Position numbers and translations under genes: made by a program. A stretch of 64,000 nt of DNA, taken from NCBI GenBank assembly GCA_946185535.1, contig CAMHJX010000010.1:18492-82491 (forward strand). The letters are read 5' to 3'. Below are positions 18,241-28,551 of the stretch, piece by piece (the first letter of the stretch is position 1; every line of letters begins with the position of its first letter). This stretch comes from an uncultured Bacteroidales bacterium (GTDB lineage Bacteria; Bacteroidota; Bacteroidia; Bacteroidales; F082). The notes below the pieces were generated by a model, which searched no databases, was not told the DNA's origin, and was given only the letters and a program-made list of their open reading frames with translations.

Positions 18241-20376
18241 TTACAATTTCATTGTCAAACTAATCCTATTCCTGTTCACATCGACCTCAAGTACTTTCAC
18301 GCGAACCTTTTGGTTCAAATGTACCACTTCGTTCGGGTCTTTGATGTAATGGTCAGCCATCTGGCTGATGTGGACGAGGCCGTCCTGATGCACGCCAATG
18401 TCGACGAAGGCACCGAAGGCGGTGATGTTGGTCACGATGCCATTGAGGACCATGCCTGCGCGCAAGTCCTTGACTTCGCGGATGTTCTTGTCGAATTCAA
18501 AGGCCTCAAAACTTTTGCGCGGGTCGCGGCCAGGTTTGTCGAGTTCGCTGAGGATGTCGTTGATGGTCTCCAAGCCGAAATGCTCTTCTACAAACTCTTC
18601 GGGCTTGATTCTAGCGATGAGTTCCTTGTTGCCGATGAGGTCTTTCACTTTCACGCCCAGTTTCTTGGCCATTTTCTCCACGATGTGGTAGCTCTCGGGG
18701 TGGACGGCACTCTGGTCCAAGGGGTTGTCGCCGTTATGGATGCGCAGGAAGCCGGCACATTGTTCGAAGGCCTTTTCGCCGAGGCGCGGCACGCCATAGA
18801 GTTGTTGGCGCGTCTTGAAGCCACCGATTTCGTCGCGGTAGTGGACGATGTTGTAGGCCAGTGTGGGACCTACGCCGCTCACATACGACAGCAGCTGTTG
18901 GCTGGCCGTGTTGAGTTCCACGCCGACGGCGTTCACGCAACTCTCCACCGTCTGGTCGAGGCTCTCGCCGAGTTTTTTCTGGTCTACATCGTGCTGATAT
19001 TGTCCCACGCCGATGCTCTTTGGGTCGATTTTCACCAACTCGGCCAGAGGGTCCATCAGTCGGCGCCCGATGCTGACCGCGCCGCGCACGGTGATGTCGT
19101 AGTCGGGGAACTCGTCGCGGGCGATCTTGGAGGCGGAATACACCGACGCGCCGCTCTCGCTCACCATCACGGCCATCAGGTCGCGGTCGAATTTGATGCT
19201 GCGGATGAAATCTTCGGTCTCGCGTCCCGCCGTGCCGTTGCCGATGGCGATGACCTTAATGCGGTAGGCATCCACGAGGCTCTTGATTTTGCGCATCGCG
19301 CCCACTGTGTCAGACTTGGGCGGGTGGGGGTAGATGGTTTCGTTGTGGAGTAATGCGCCTGTTTCGCTCAAGACCACCACCTTGCAACCTGTGCGGAAAC
19401 CCGGGTCAATGGCGAGGATGCGCTTCTGGCCCATCGGGGCGGCGAGGAGCAGTTGTTTGAGGTTCTCGGCGAAGACACGGATGGCGGTCTCGTCGGCTTT
19501 CTCCTTATAATAATTACGGATTTCGGTCTCAATGGAAGGTTCCAAGAGGCGTTTCCACGAGTCGGCGATGGCCTCGCGTACGAGTTCCGATGATTCGTTG
19601 TCGTTCTTCAGGAAGATGCTCTCCAAAGAGTTCAGCACGAAGTCGTCATCGACTTTGATTTTCAGTTTCACCATGCCTTCTTCCTCTGCGCGGAACAGGG
19701 CTAAAAGGCGATGCGAGGGCGCCTCGGAAATCGGCTCGCGGAAGTCGAAATACTGCTGGTAGGTCTTGCCTTCCTCTTCCTTGCCTTTGACCACGGCGGA
19801 GCTGATGTCGCCCTGCATGTGGAAGATCTTACGGATGCGGTTGCGTCCATTGATATTTTCCGAGACCCACTCGGCCATGATGTCCTTGGCACCTTGCAGG
19901 GCTTCCTCGATGTCGTTGACACCCTTGCCTGCGTTGACATAGCGTGCAGCGAGGCGGTCCACGAAGTCTACATTCTGCGCCATGATTTGTGCGGCCAGAG
20001 GCTCCAAACCTTTCTCGCGGGCGATGGCGGCGCGGGTGCGGCGTTTAGGCTTGTAGGGCAAATACAAATCCTCAACTTCTTGCAAGGTCTTGGCGTTCAG
20101 TATCTTTTGTTCCAGTTCGGGCGTGAGTTTCTCCTGCTCACGGATGGAGGCAATGACGCTTTCTTTGCGTTTTTGCAGTTCGGTGAGTTGTTCGAGGCGT
20201 TTCTGAACAGCGGCCACATTCTCTTCATTCATAGTGCCTGTCATTTCCTTGCGGTAGCGGGCGATGAAGGGAATGGTGGCACCTTCGTCGAAGAGGCGAA
20301 TGACATTGGCAACATGGTGCGCGGCGAGGTTGAGTTCCTGTGCGATTTGAGTGCTGAAATCTATCGAGTTTGGCAT
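18241..20376 (-). CDS. tex: Tex-like transcription accessory protein (S1 RNA-binding domain protein)
   Basis: 711 aa. N-terminus IAQELNL..HVANVIRLFDEGATIPFIARYRKE.TG, YqgF/RuvX-like and HhH regions, and a C-terminal S1 domain (GMVLNGIVTNITAFGAFVDIGVHQDGLVHISQM). Confidence 0.9.
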   Translation of the reverse strand: MPNSIDFSTQIAQELNLAAHHVANVIRLFDEGATIPFIARYRKEMTGTMNEENVAAVQKRLEQLTELQKRKESVIASIREQEKLTPELEQKILNAKTLQEVEDLYLPYKPKRRTRAAIAREKGLEPLAAQIMAQNVDFVDRLAARYVNAGKGVNDIEEALQGAKDIMAEWVSENINGRNRIRKIFHMQGDISSAVVKGKEEEGKTYQQYFDFREPISEAPSHRLLALFRAEEEGMVKLKIKVDDDFVLNSLESIFLKNDNESSELVREAIADSWKRLLEPSIETEIRNYYKEKADETAIRVFAENLKQLLLAAPMGQKRILAIDPGFRTGCKVVVLSETGALLHNETIYPHPPKSDTVGAMRKIKSLVDAYRIKVIAIGNGTAGRETEDFIRSIKFDRDLMAVMVSESGASVYSASKIARDEFPDYDITVRGAVSIGRRLMDPLAELVKIDPKSIGVGQYQHDVDQKKLGESLDQTVESCVNAVGVELNTASQQLLSYVSGVGPTLAYNIVHYRDEIGGFKTRQQLYGVPRLGEKAFEQCAGFLRIHNGDNPLDQSAVHPESYHIVEKMAKKLGVKVKDLIGNKELIARIKPEEFVEEHFGLETINDILSELDKPGRDPRKSFEAFEFDKNIREVKDLRAGMVLNGIVTNITAFGAFVDIGVHQDGLVHISQMADHYIKDPNEVVHLNQKVRVKVLEVDVNRNRISLTMKL

Positions 20377-20453
20377 AACTTCTTATTTAAAGGTGCAAAA
20401 ATACGGTTTTCTATGGGATTATTTGTTTATCTTTGCAGCAAATTGTAACAATT

Positions 20454-20762
20454 ATGCCCATATTAGTCTTTCTTTTCGGTTTGCTGGCGGGCTGTCTTTT
20501 GGCAGTCATCGTCGGTTTGATTGGCTCGCACCGTCGCATTGGTTTCGGTTGGGCCTTCTTGCTTTCAGTGGTGACTACGCCCTTGATTGGCCTTATCGTG
20601 ACGCTGTGTACGCCCAAGTTGGAAACCAAAGACCGCAAATGGGGCTGTCTGGGTACGCTGATCGGCATAGTGATGTTGGTGCTTCTCGTTGTGGTGGTGC
20701 TCATGTTGTTGCCTGACTTGTACGAACAATTGCAGTCGTGGTTCCAATCCTTGAGATCATAA
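20454..20762 (+). CDS. Small membrane protein (3 predicted TM segments), unknown function
   Basis: The ATG at 20454 lies downstream of a TATCTTTG box (20426-20433); the track start at 20433 is a TTG inside that box. Sequence MPILVFLFGLLAGCLLAVIVGLIG... is hydrophobic. Confidence 0.5.
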   Translation: MPILVFLFGLLAGCLLAVIVGLIGSHRRIGFGWAFLLSVVTTPLIGLIVTLCTPKLETKDRKWGCLGTLIGIVMLVLLVVVVLMLLPDLYEQLQSWFQSLRS

Positions 20763-20894
20763 ACTGATGAACAGAAATTAGATACAAATTAGACGCGAGA
20801 CTTTAAGACACGAGACGCGAGTCAGGTTCCTGAACTTGTCGAAGGGTTGTCCCGTGTCGCGTGTCTCGCAGTCCCGCGTCAAAAAAGACAACCG

Positions 20895-21527
20895 ATGATT
20901 AAAAACCTAATATTTGACTACGGCGGTGTGCTCTTAGACTGGAACCCGCATTATCTTTATGACCCTTATTTCGGCGACAAGGAAAAGGCCGAATGGTTCC
21001 TCACTAACATCTGCACCTACGAGTGGAATGCCCAGCACGACAATGGCCGTCCCGTGGCGGAAGGCACAGCGGAACTCATCGCCGAGCATCCCGAATGGAA
21101 GAAGGAAATCGAATTGTATTACGGCGAGTTTATGAAGATGATGGGCGGACAGATCCCAGGTATGGAGGAGTATGTCAAGGAATTGAAAACCAAAGGTTTC
21201 CGTGTGTTTGGACTGTCCAATTGGTCGGAGGAGACCTTTGCCTTGGTAAGGCCGGTTTATCCCGTCCTCAACCTTATGGAGGATATGGTGATTTCGGGCA
21301 TCGAGCGGGTGATGAAGCCCGACCCGAAGATTTTCCAATTGGCCTTGAAGCGTTTCGGCATCAAGGCCGAGGAAACGGTGTTTATTGATGATAACCCGAA
21401 TAATGTTGCCGCGGCGAATGCTTTGGGAATCACGGGGATATTGTTTGAGGGAAAAGAAAATTTGGAAGAAAAACTACTAATGCTAATTCACCATCGCGGC
21501 GCATTTGTCAATGATGGCATTGGCTAA
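20895..21527 (+). CDS. HAD-superfamily hydrolase (subfamily IA)
   Basis: From the ATG at 20895: MIKNLIFDYGGVLLDWNP (DxGGV motif I), GLSNWS (motif II) and a VFIDDNPNNV acidic motif. The track start at 20847 is a TTG. Confidence 0.8.
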   Translation: MIKNLIFDYGGVLLDWNPHYLYDPYFGDKEKAEWFLTNICTYEWNAQHDNGRPVAEGTAELIAEHPEWKKEIELYYGEFMKMMGGQIPGMEEYVKELKTKGFRVFGLSNWSEETFALVRPVYPVLNLMEDMVISGIERVMKPDPKIFQLALKRFGIKAEETVFIDDNPNNVAAANALGITGILFEGKENLEEKLLMLIHHRGAFVNDGIG

Positions 21528-21875
21528 ACGGAAGCCACCATCACTCACGTCTTTCGATTGGTTGCCATCATAATTCATCGACAAATGCATTGTGTCGTAA
21601 CCGTCATTGACCAACGCAAGCAATTTGCGGTCGCGTTTGCCAACAGCCTCTTTGTAGTCGCGAATATCGGCGCGAGTACGGCGATCCTCCCTCACATGGA
21701 ATACCGCATCAAGTGCCATGAGCACACCAAGCCATAGGTAGTTTCCAGCGGCGCGAACATATTTTTCGTCATCGTAACGGTTCAGTTCGGCGTTGAACTC
21801 ACCTTTTTCCTGAAGTGTTTCTTTGGCATTTTCCACATAGCGTCTAGCTTCTTCTATAGGATCTTTCCGTTTCAT
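21483..21875 (-). CDS. Small helical protein, probably DUF5618-like
   Basis: 130 aa: MKRKDPIEEARRYVENAKETLQEKG...KYVRAAGNYLWLGVLMALDAVF. My recollection of that family is only moderate. The 3' end overlaps the convergent HAD gene by 45 nt. Confidence 0.45.
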   Translation of the reverse strand: MKRKDPIEEARRYVENAKETLQEKGEFNAELNRYDDEKYVRAAGNYLWLGVLMALDAVFHVREDRRTRADIRDYKEAVGKRDRKLLALVNDGYDTMHLSMNYDGNQSKDVSDGGFRLANAIIDKCAAMVN

Positions 21876-22113
21876 AGTGTTTTCCTTTCTATTTCTTTTT
21901 TCGCCGCAAAGATAATCACAATTTCTGTGCCAGCGGCAATATTTCTGTGTTTCAATGCTTTTTTATGTCATTTTTCCCCATTAATACAAGTGTAAAATTA
22001 CAACTTTTTTCCACTATTTCAATACCACTTTTGCAACTTTTTTCCAAATCACGGAAGAATGTGTTGTTTTCATCTCGGTTTTATTCGTAATTTTGCAAAA
22101 AATCATCAGCATT

Positions 22114-22506
22114 ATGCGTTTCCTAGAATATCTTTTTTTTAAGTATTACAATTTGGGCATTAAACTTGGGTCAAAGCAAAATGCTAGCACTTCTGCCATA
22201 CTCTTATTATCGTTTGTTTTTACCCTTTATCTAGTTGATGTTGCTATTACACTTGATTGCCTCTTTGGAATTAACTGGGATAGTCGTTGGATTGTCGGCT
22301 TTTTAATAGTTTCTATCGTTATCCTGATTCTAGTTTTCGATTTTACATTAGTATATTTTGGTAAAAGTTCAAGGATTGTATCCAAACACAAGGAAGAATG
22401 GACGGGAAAGAAAAATTTAGGAGCAATTTTATTTCCTATAATTGCTATTCTTTGGTTTAGCGTGTATTGTGTTGTCAAAATACTGATGAATCGAGGTGTT
22501 TTATAA
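22114..22506 (+). CDS. AT-rich hypothetical membrane protein
   Basis: The ATG at 22114 lies just downstream of a TAATTTTG box (22088-22095); the track start is a TTG inside the box. Four hydrophobic segments, with visibly lower GC than the neighbours. Confidence 0.45.
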   Translation: MRFLEYLFFKYYNLGIKLGSKQNASTSAILLLSFVFTLYLVDVAITLDCLFGINWDSRWIVGFLIVSIVILILVFDFTLVYFGKSSRIVSKHKEEWTGKKNLGAILFPIIAILWFSVYCVVKILMNRGVL

Positions 22507-22568
22507 GAATTTTGAAAACAGATTTTTGAAAAATTTCTACACGAAGTGTATTCCATAAAACAAAGAAT

Positions 22569-24077
22569 ATGAAAATCCTCTCAGTCAATCAAATCCGCGA
22601 AGCGGACAAATACACGATAGAAAACGAACCCATCGAGTCCGTCGACTTGATGGAACGCGCCGCCACCAAGGTCTTCGAGTGGCTCTATCGTCGTGCGCCG
22701 CGCGACAAGACCATCAAGATTTTCTGCGGCATGGGCAACAATGGCGGCGACGGCCTCGTGGTGGCCCGACTGCTCAATGAGCAAGAGATTGTCCCGCAGG
22801 TGTTTATGGTGCGCTACAGCGACCGCATGAGCCACGACTGCGAGGTGAACTACTACCGCCTCGTAAACGAGACCAAGGTGCCGATGTTCGACATCCTCAC
22901 CGAGGACGACTTCCCGAAAGTCGACGCCAACGATGTGGTGGTCGACGCCATCTTCGGCTCGGGCCTCAACCGTCCGCCGCAGGGCATGACCGCCGACCTG
23001 ATTGCCTACCTCAACCAAACCAAGGCCATCCGCGTGGCCATCGATATTCCCTCGGGCCTCTTCGCCGACGAGCCCAGTGCCTTGGGCTTCATCTTCAAGG
23101 CCGACTACACGCTGACCTTCCAAAACCCCAAGTTGGCTTTCCTGCTGCCCGAGAATGACCCGTATGTGGGGCGTTTCGAGGTCTTGGACATCGGCCTGCA
23201 CCCTCGCTATCTGGAAGAGGTGGAGACCAACAACCTGCTGACCGTCAAGGCGATGGTGAAGCCGATACTGCACAACCGCACGAAATACTCCCACAAGGGA
23301 ACATACGGTCATGCCTTGCTGATTGCTGGCTCTGAAGGCAAAACGGGCGCGGCTTTGCTGGGCGCGAAAGCCTGTCTGCGCACGGGTGTGGGTTTATTGA
23401 GCGTCCACCTGCCAAAAGTGGCACAGCTGCCTTTACAGACCGCCATCCCCGAGGCGATGATTGATGGCGACGACTCAGAAACCTGCTTTTCGATGTTCGG
23501 CAAATTGGATGCCTATACCGCCGTGGGCGTTGGTCCAGGCTTAGGCAAGTACGATGACACCGTCCGCGCCTTGAAACGCCTGATTCAAGATGTACAAGTG
23601 CCGCTCGTTATGGATGCCGATGCCTTGAACATCCTCTCCGACAACCCGACTTGGCTGCCGTTCCTGCCTGCCAAAACGATACTGACGCCGCATCCGAAGG
23701 AGTTTGAGCGCTTGGTGGGGAAGACCTCGACCTCGTTTGAACGCCTAGAGAAACAAAGGGAACTGGCCACCAAATACAACCTCGTCGTCATCGTGAAAGG
23801 CGCGCACACCACCGTCGCGATGCCCAACGGTACCATCTTCTTCAACACCACGGGCAATCCTGGAATGGCCACGGCGGGCAGCGGTGATGTGCTGACGGGC
23901 ATCATCCTCTCGCTTCTGGCGCAACGCTATTCGTCAGAGGAAGCCGCCGTGTTGGGTGTCTATCTCCACGGCCTCGCTGGCGACCTCGCCGCCGACGAGA
24001 TAGGGCATGAGGCTTTGATTGCCTCTGACATCACGGAGCATCTGGGGAAGGCATACGCTGCGCTTCATACAAAGTAG
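22569..24077 (+). CDS. nnr: Bifunctional NAD(P)H-hydrate repair enzyme (epimerase + ADP-dependent dehydratase)
   Basis: 502 aa. YjeF_N motif CGMGNNGGDGLVVARLL, and a C-terminal carbohydrate-kinase part GTYGHALLIAGSEGKTGAALLGAKA...GSGDVLTG. Confidence 0.9.
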   Translation: MKILSVNQIREADKYTIENEPIESVDLMERAATKVFEWLYRRAPRDKTIKIFCGMGNNGGDGLVVARLLNEQEIVPQVFMVRYSDRMSHDCEVNYYRLVNETKVPMFDILTEDDFPKVDANDVVVDAIFGSGLNRPPQGMTADLIAYLNQTKAIRVAIDIPSGLFADEPSALGFIFKADYTLTFQNPKLAFLLPENDPYVGRFEVLDIGLHPRYLEEVETNNLLTVKAMVKPILHNRTKYSHKGTYGHALLIAGSEGKTGAALLGAKACLRTGVGLLSVHLPKVAQLPLQTAIPEAMIDGDDSETCFSMFGKLDAYTAVGVGPGLGKYDDTVRALKRLIQDVQVPLVMDADALNILSDNPTWLPFLPAKTILTPHPKEFERLVGKTSTSFERLEKQRELATKYNLVVIVKGAHTTVAMPNGTIFFNTTGNPGMATAGSGDVLTGIILSLLAQRYSSEEAAVLGVYLHGLAGDLAADEIGHEALIASDITEHLGKAYAALHTK

Positions 24078-24260
24078 TTTTTTCCACGCAGAATCTGCAG
24101 AACTCGCAGAACCTGCGGGACACGATTGCCTCACGCAGAATACCCTGAACCTGCCGGACGCAAACCAATCATCGCATTGCGATTCCCATAATTTTGCGGA
24201 TTCTGCGTGATAAATATGTATGTGTCGATTCGAGTGAAAAGAGTATGTTGAGTAAAGAAA

Positions 24261-26831
24261 CTATCTGACGACCACCTTTTTGGTCAAGGTGCCCTCTTTT
24301 CCAGTAACCACGAAGAAATAAATCCCTTTTGCGCGTCTTTTCATACTGTACTCCAATTCTTTGGTGCATGAGGCGTTAAAGGTTTGTATAACATCAATCA
24401 AACCTCCCATCATATCATACACTTTGACCACAACTTTACCCTCCATGTCTTCAAAACGTAGTTCCATTTCTCCATTGTTGGGGTTGGGAATGATATCGAA
24501 GGTGCTCCTTGGATCATCCTGTTCGTTGATGCCATAGAATGATGGTATAAGCCAATAACGCACTATATTTTCCTCTTTTGAACAAGGGCTCACCGCTTTG
24601 AAGGTAAGCCAAACGGTATCCTCCCCCCAATCCATCGGATACAAGATGCAAGTGCGATTGTCGTCGGAAGGGACGATGCGCCAGCTCGGTTTTGAAATGC
24701 TCCATTCGCATAGGCTGTCAATCCACGTGAAATCGGAAAGAGAGTCGATAGCTTGGAAGGTATAGCATTTCACATTGAACTCTGTCGCTGTGATAGGATA
24801 ATGCGGTGACTCGATGGTTGGCGTGATGCACTCCAAAACTGGATTAGGTTCGTAATTCACGGTAAGGTTCAAATCAATAATGCTATCACAGCCATCTCTA
24901 GTCAGACCTTCATACTGATAATGACCTGACTCCGTAAGATAGCCATCTGGGGCTGCCTTCCACGGATACCTGTCGCACACCGTTTCCACCAAGCTAGCTT
25001 CAAAACCTTTCTTGATGGTAAGGTCTAGTATATAGATATCGTCGCATCCAATAGAATCGGTAATAGTGTCGTAATAAACACCATCATGGAAGTACTCATG
25101 ATTACGCCATGTGAACGAGTTTTCACATGTTTTCACTCTTTCAGTTGGATGGATTCGCTCATGATCTATCGTAAGATGCAGCGTAATTGTACTGTCGCAG
25201 CCAAGAGCCGTTTGTGACGAATACGCGTAATCACCCGATTCCGTATAGGTGGCACCGTGCCAGGTGAACGCGTTGCATGCGACTGCCGTTGTGTCACCTT
25301 GGAAATCATGGCCAAGGGTAAGGTGTAGCACAAAGGTGCTGTCACAAGTTCCGGGTTCTTGAATAATATTTACGTATGTGCCGCTATTCGTAAAGTTGGT
25401 TCCACGCCAATGGTAGTTGTTGCATGCTGTTACAATTTCCTCTGAATTATAGCTTCCACTGATGACAAGGTTCAAGAGCAAAAGGCTGTCGCATCCATCA
25501 ATGCTCTGCGCCAGATGGGTGTATACTCCAGATTCGGTGTAGGTCGTGTTATACCATTCGTATTCATTACAAGCCGTGGCCTCAAGGTAAATCGTGTCAA
25601 TAGGGTTGATGGTCAGGTGAAGTATCAAAGTGCTGTCGCAGGTTCCAGGTGTATGGACAATCTGGGTGTATGTGCCGCTTTCAGTATAAGTATTCCCTCG
25701 CCAATCATAGCTGTCGCATGCAGTTGCATACTCTTCTGAAATCAAGGTCCTGACATTTATCGTTTTGGTAAGATAGAGCGAATCCATTGTTCTGTGAGGG
25801 TTATGAAGCACATTGGTTACAGTGTAGAAACCGTCAGTGGTATAAGTGTGGGTAACTTGTTCGCCTTGCGCAGAAGTGCCATCGCCAAAATACCATGTCA
25901 CGTCATCATAGTGCCAGTTGGTTTCCGTATTGAATTCCAAGGCTTGATTGGTGCAGAAATAATGGTCTTCAGGGATTTCCGAATAATCCCAGCCGTCAAT
26001 TGTCATGGTGTAATTGAAGTTGGTAGAAAAACTATGTGCCTTAAGGAAAACGCCTGAATCAGCAAACTCGTCACCTACGTCACAAATGGCCATTTTGATA
26101 TGGTAATTCGACATGGGAACCACATTGAAACTTACTTCGATCAAGGTTGTGAAACCGTCAAATTGAATGGTAGAGCCTCCTGTGTTGTCGATGTAATACG
26201 CTGAATTGTGGTTGAGGTTCACATTGTCGATGCTGACGACATCTGTCGTTCCAGGTATCAAGGCCATGTTCTGATGGTCGTAATATCCGCCGGCTGGATT
26301 GATTCCTTCCACAAAAAAGCCAAATACATCGTTGTAATCCCCGCCGACCCATTCCATATATTCTTCAGAGCCGAACACAAAACTGAAAGTCAATGTATTA
26401 TCCCAAGGGATAAAATCAAACTCAAGCACTGCGACATTTTGTGTTGTTCCAGAGGCAATAGAGGCTAAATCATCATCGTAATACGCGTCACATGTTGAAG
26501 GAACCATTGTTTCATCTGAGTCGTTTGGGCCGACAGCGACACTCACTCCTCCAGTAGCCAGGATGAGACCAGACTCCATACCGATGTTGGTAGGTGTACT
26601 ACCTGTCTCGAACTTACCAATGAGGTTGCAATAAATGATTCTTTCGGAACCGTTGAATTTGGCATTGGATATGGTGACGCCATTGTCCAATAGGATGTTT
26701 CTGACCAATGAATCCGCTGTCCAGCCATTCAGGTCTGAGGCTTCTGTCACAATAAGTTGGGCGTGCAGTTTCCCTGAAAATAGAAAGCCCAGTAGTATGG
26801 TAATCAGGAATAGTGTTCTTTTTCTTTTCAT
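24261..26831 (-). CDS. Large secreted T9SS cargo protein: choice-of-anchor-L-like N-domain, PKD domain, six Cys-containing ~49-aa repeats, type A T9SS C-terminal domain
   Basis: Signal peptide. N-domain LVRNILLDNGVTISNAKFNG...GLILATGG...FDFIPWDNTLTFSFVFGSEEY. PKD-like VTWYFGDGTSAQGEQVTHTYT. Repeats of the form C..Y.W.G..Y.ESG.Y......GCDS...L.LT. C-terminus FDIIPNPNNGEMELRF...KGIYFFVVTGKEGTLTKKVVVR. Confidence 0.8.
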   Translation of the reverse strand: MKRKRTLFLITILLGFLFSGKLHAQLIVTEASDLNGWTADSLVRNILLDNGVTISNAKFNGSERIIYCNLIGKFETGSTPTNIGMESGLILATGGVSVAVGPNDSDETMVPSTCDAYYDDDLASIASGTTQNVAVLEFDFIPWDNTLTFSFVFGSEEYMEWVGGDYNDVFGFFVEGINPAGGYYDHQNMALIPGTTDVVSIDNVNLNHNSAYYIDNTGGSTIQFDGFTTLIEVSFNVVPMSNYHIKMAICDVGDEFADSGVFLKAHSFSTNFNYTMTIDGWDYSEIPEDHYFCTNQALEFNTETNWHYDDVTWYFGDGTSAQGEQVTHTYTTDGFYTVTNVLHNPHRTMDSLYLTKTINVRTLISEEYATACDSYDWRGNTYTESGTYTQIVHTPGTCDSTLILHLTINPIDTIYLEATACNEYEWYNTTYTESGVYTHLAQSIDGCDSLLLLNLVISGSYNSEEIVTACNNYHWRGTNFTNSGTYVNIIQEPGTCDSTFVLHLTLGHDFQGDTTAVACNAFTWHGATYTESGDYAYSSQTALGCDSTITLHLTIDHERIHPTERVKTCENSFTWRNHEYFHDGVYYDTITDSIGCDDIYILDLTIKKGFEASLVETVCDRYPWKAAPDGYLTESGHYQYEGLTRDGCDSIIDLNLTVNYEPNPVLECITPTIESPHYPITATEFNVKCYTFQAIDSLSDFTWIDSLCEWSISKPSWRIVPSDDNRTCILYPMDWGEDTVWLTFKAVSPCSKEENIVRYWLIPSFYGINEQDDPRSTFDIIPNPNNGEMELRFEDMEGKVVVKVYDMMGGLIDVIQTFNASCTKELEYSMKRRAKGIYFFVVTGKEGTLTKKVVVR

Positions 26832-26968
26832 TTCGTAAAGTTCTTTTTTTCAACATTTTGACAGCGGCAAAAATAGATAAAAAAATGAATTTTACAAGGG
26901 GCGGATTGAAAAATCTGGAAAAGTATTCTTGGGATTGTGTATTTTTGCCATTCATTGTTAGCTAGTCT

Positions 26969-28297
26969 ATGATTAAAACCACCGTTTCGAACCGAGAGAT
27001 CTGGCGTATCGCGTACCCCATCATGCTGGGTAATCTTGCGCAGACCATCATCACCTTTACCGACACCGCTTTCCTTGGTCATCTCGGCACCATCGAGCTG
27101 AGTGCCTCCATGATGGCGGGACTTTATTATTACGTTTTCACCACCTTGGCCATGGGCTTTGCCGTTGGCATCCAGATTTTTATCGCACGACGTTTCGGCG
27201 AGGGCGACCTGAAGAAAATCGGCGTGGTGTTCCAGCATGGGGCGTTGTTTGTGCTGGGTTTGGGCGTGCTGCTGTTTTCGATTTTGTTCTTCTTCAGCCA
27301 TCGGTTGCTGCACATCATTATCGAGTCTGAAAACATCTATGCGGCGGCAGGGGAGTATCTGAGATTCAGGCAGTTCGGCATCATGTTCGTGGTGTTCAAC
27401 TTCCTGTTTCGCTCGTTCTACGTCGGCATCAGCAACACGAAGGTCATCACCTTTTCGACCATCATCATGGCCGTGGTCAACATTTTCTTCGACTGGGCGT
27501 TGATTTATGGCAAGTTCGGTCTGCCCGAGATGGGCATCGGCGGTGCGGCCTTGGCCTCGCTGATGGCGGAGATTACGGCGTTCTGTTTCTTTTGGATCTA
27601 CACCTATTTCACCATCCCGCACGAGGAATACGGCATGTTCCGCTGGCACAAATGGCAGCCCGCCTTGATGGGCGACATCCTCAAAGTGGCCTTTCCGAGC
27701 ATGATTCAGCGGCTGTTCTCGTTTGGCGCCTGGTTCATCTTCTTCGTGATGATCGAGAAGATGGGGGAGATGGCCATCGGCGTGTCGTCGGTGGTGAGGA
27801 GCACCTATATGATCCTCATCATTCCAGGTTTTGCTTTTGCGGCCACGGCCAATACGCTGACGAGCCGCATCATCGGCGAAGGCAAGAGCGACGAGGTAAT
27901 GTCAATGCTTTGGAAGGTGGTGAAAAACAGCTTGATATGTTCTTCGATTTTGGTCGTCATCACCTTCATCATGCCGCAACTTGTTTTGCATATCTATACT
28001 GACGATGTGGCCTTGGCTCAGGCTGCAGTGCCATCGGTGTATGTTATTGCGGTGGCGACGCTTGTCAGTGCTATGGGTAGTGTGTTTTTCGAGGCCGTCT
28101 CCGGCACGGGCAACACCACGGCGGCCATGGCCTTGGAGTTTGGCGTGCTCATCCTTTATATGTTCTATATCTACCTGATGACCAAGACCTCAACCATCGC
28201 CGGCGTTTGGACCGCCGAATGGCTCTACAACGCACTCATGGGCGTGATTTCGTTCCTTTATATTTGGAAAGCCGATTGGCGGCGGAAGAGGATTTGA
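26969..28297 (+). CDS. MATE-family multidrug/toxin efflux transporter
   Basis: 442 aa, 12 TM pattern, N-terminus EIWRIAYPIMLGNLAQTIITFTDTAFLGHLG. TATTTTTG box at 26939-26946. Confidence 0.9.
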   Translation: MIKTTVSNREIWRIAYPIMLGNLAQTIITFTDTAFLGHLGTIELSASMMAGLYYYVFTTLAMGFAVGIQIFIARRFGEGDLKKIGVVFQHGALFVLGLGVLLFSILFFFSHRLLHIIIESENIYAAAGEYLRFRQFGIMFVVFNFLFRSFYVGISNTKVITFSTIIMAVVNIFFDWALIYGKFGLPEMGIGGAALASLMAEITAFCFFWIYTYFTIPHEEYGMFRWHKWQPALMGDILKVAFPSMIQRLFSFGAWFIFFVMIEKMGEMAIGVSSVVRSTYMILIIPGFAFAATANTLTSRIIGEGKSDEVMSMLWKVVKNSLICSSILVVITFIMPQLVLHIYTDDVALAQAAVPSVYVIAVATLVSAMGSVFFEAVSGTGNTTAAMALEFGVLILYMFYIYLMTKTSTIAGVWTAEWLYNALMGVISFLYIWKADWRRKRI

Positions 28298-28308
28298 GGG
28301 TGGTTCAT

Positions 28309-28475
28309 GGAGGTTGAAACCTCCGATGAGGTGAGGTTGCACTGACGCTTTTTGTAGACGGAGGTTGAAACCTCCGATGTGGTAGGGTCGTCCTTTCAGG
28401 ACTATGTGTGATGCGATGCTTGGGAGAGGGCGGAGGTTGAAACCTCCGATGTAGTAGGGCCGTCCCTTCGGGACT
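28309..28475. repeat. Cluster of three REP-like palindromic elements (GGAGGTTGAAACCTCC + GGGTCGTCCTTTCAGGAC)
   Basis: GGAGGTTGAAACCTCCGATG occurs at 28309, 28360 and 28432. The last two are followed by GGTAGGGTCGTCCTTTCAGGACT and GTAGGGCCGTCCCTTCGGGACT, which are hairpins with compensatory changes. Confidence 0.85.
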
Positions 28476-28513
28476 TTGCTTAATGAGAAAGAGTGCGATT
28501 TAGCATGTTTATG

Positions 28514-28521
28514 TATCTTTG
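28514..28521 (+). promoter_or_regulatory. -7 box TATCTTTG for the sirtuin gene
   Basis: TAnnTTTG match 31 nt upstream of the ATG at 28552. Confidence 0.45.
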
Positions 28522-28551
28522 CAGAATCTAATCAGACCTAGTTTTACTATT

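Noticed and set aside
18199-20448. + strand ORFs 18199..19353 (384 aa) and 19711..20448 (245 aa)
   Set aside because: These are antisense shadows of tex: A/V/G/D/H-rich with no motifs.
22581-23312. 243-aa minus-strand ORF inside nnr
   Set aside because: Shadow ORF; the plus-strand frame carries all the YjeF motifs.
26828-27649. 273-aa minus-strand ORF opposite the MATE gene
   Set aside because: Shadow ORF with a charged, low-complexity composition. The MATE frame is a clean 12-TM protein.
28309-28475. Possible small CRISPR array (three ~20-bp repeats with ~30-50 bp spacing)
   Set aside because: The repeats are perfect palindromes of the REP family found flanking the RAYT gene and elsewhere. 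The 'spacers' themselves contain a second conserved hairpin, and no cas genes are present.
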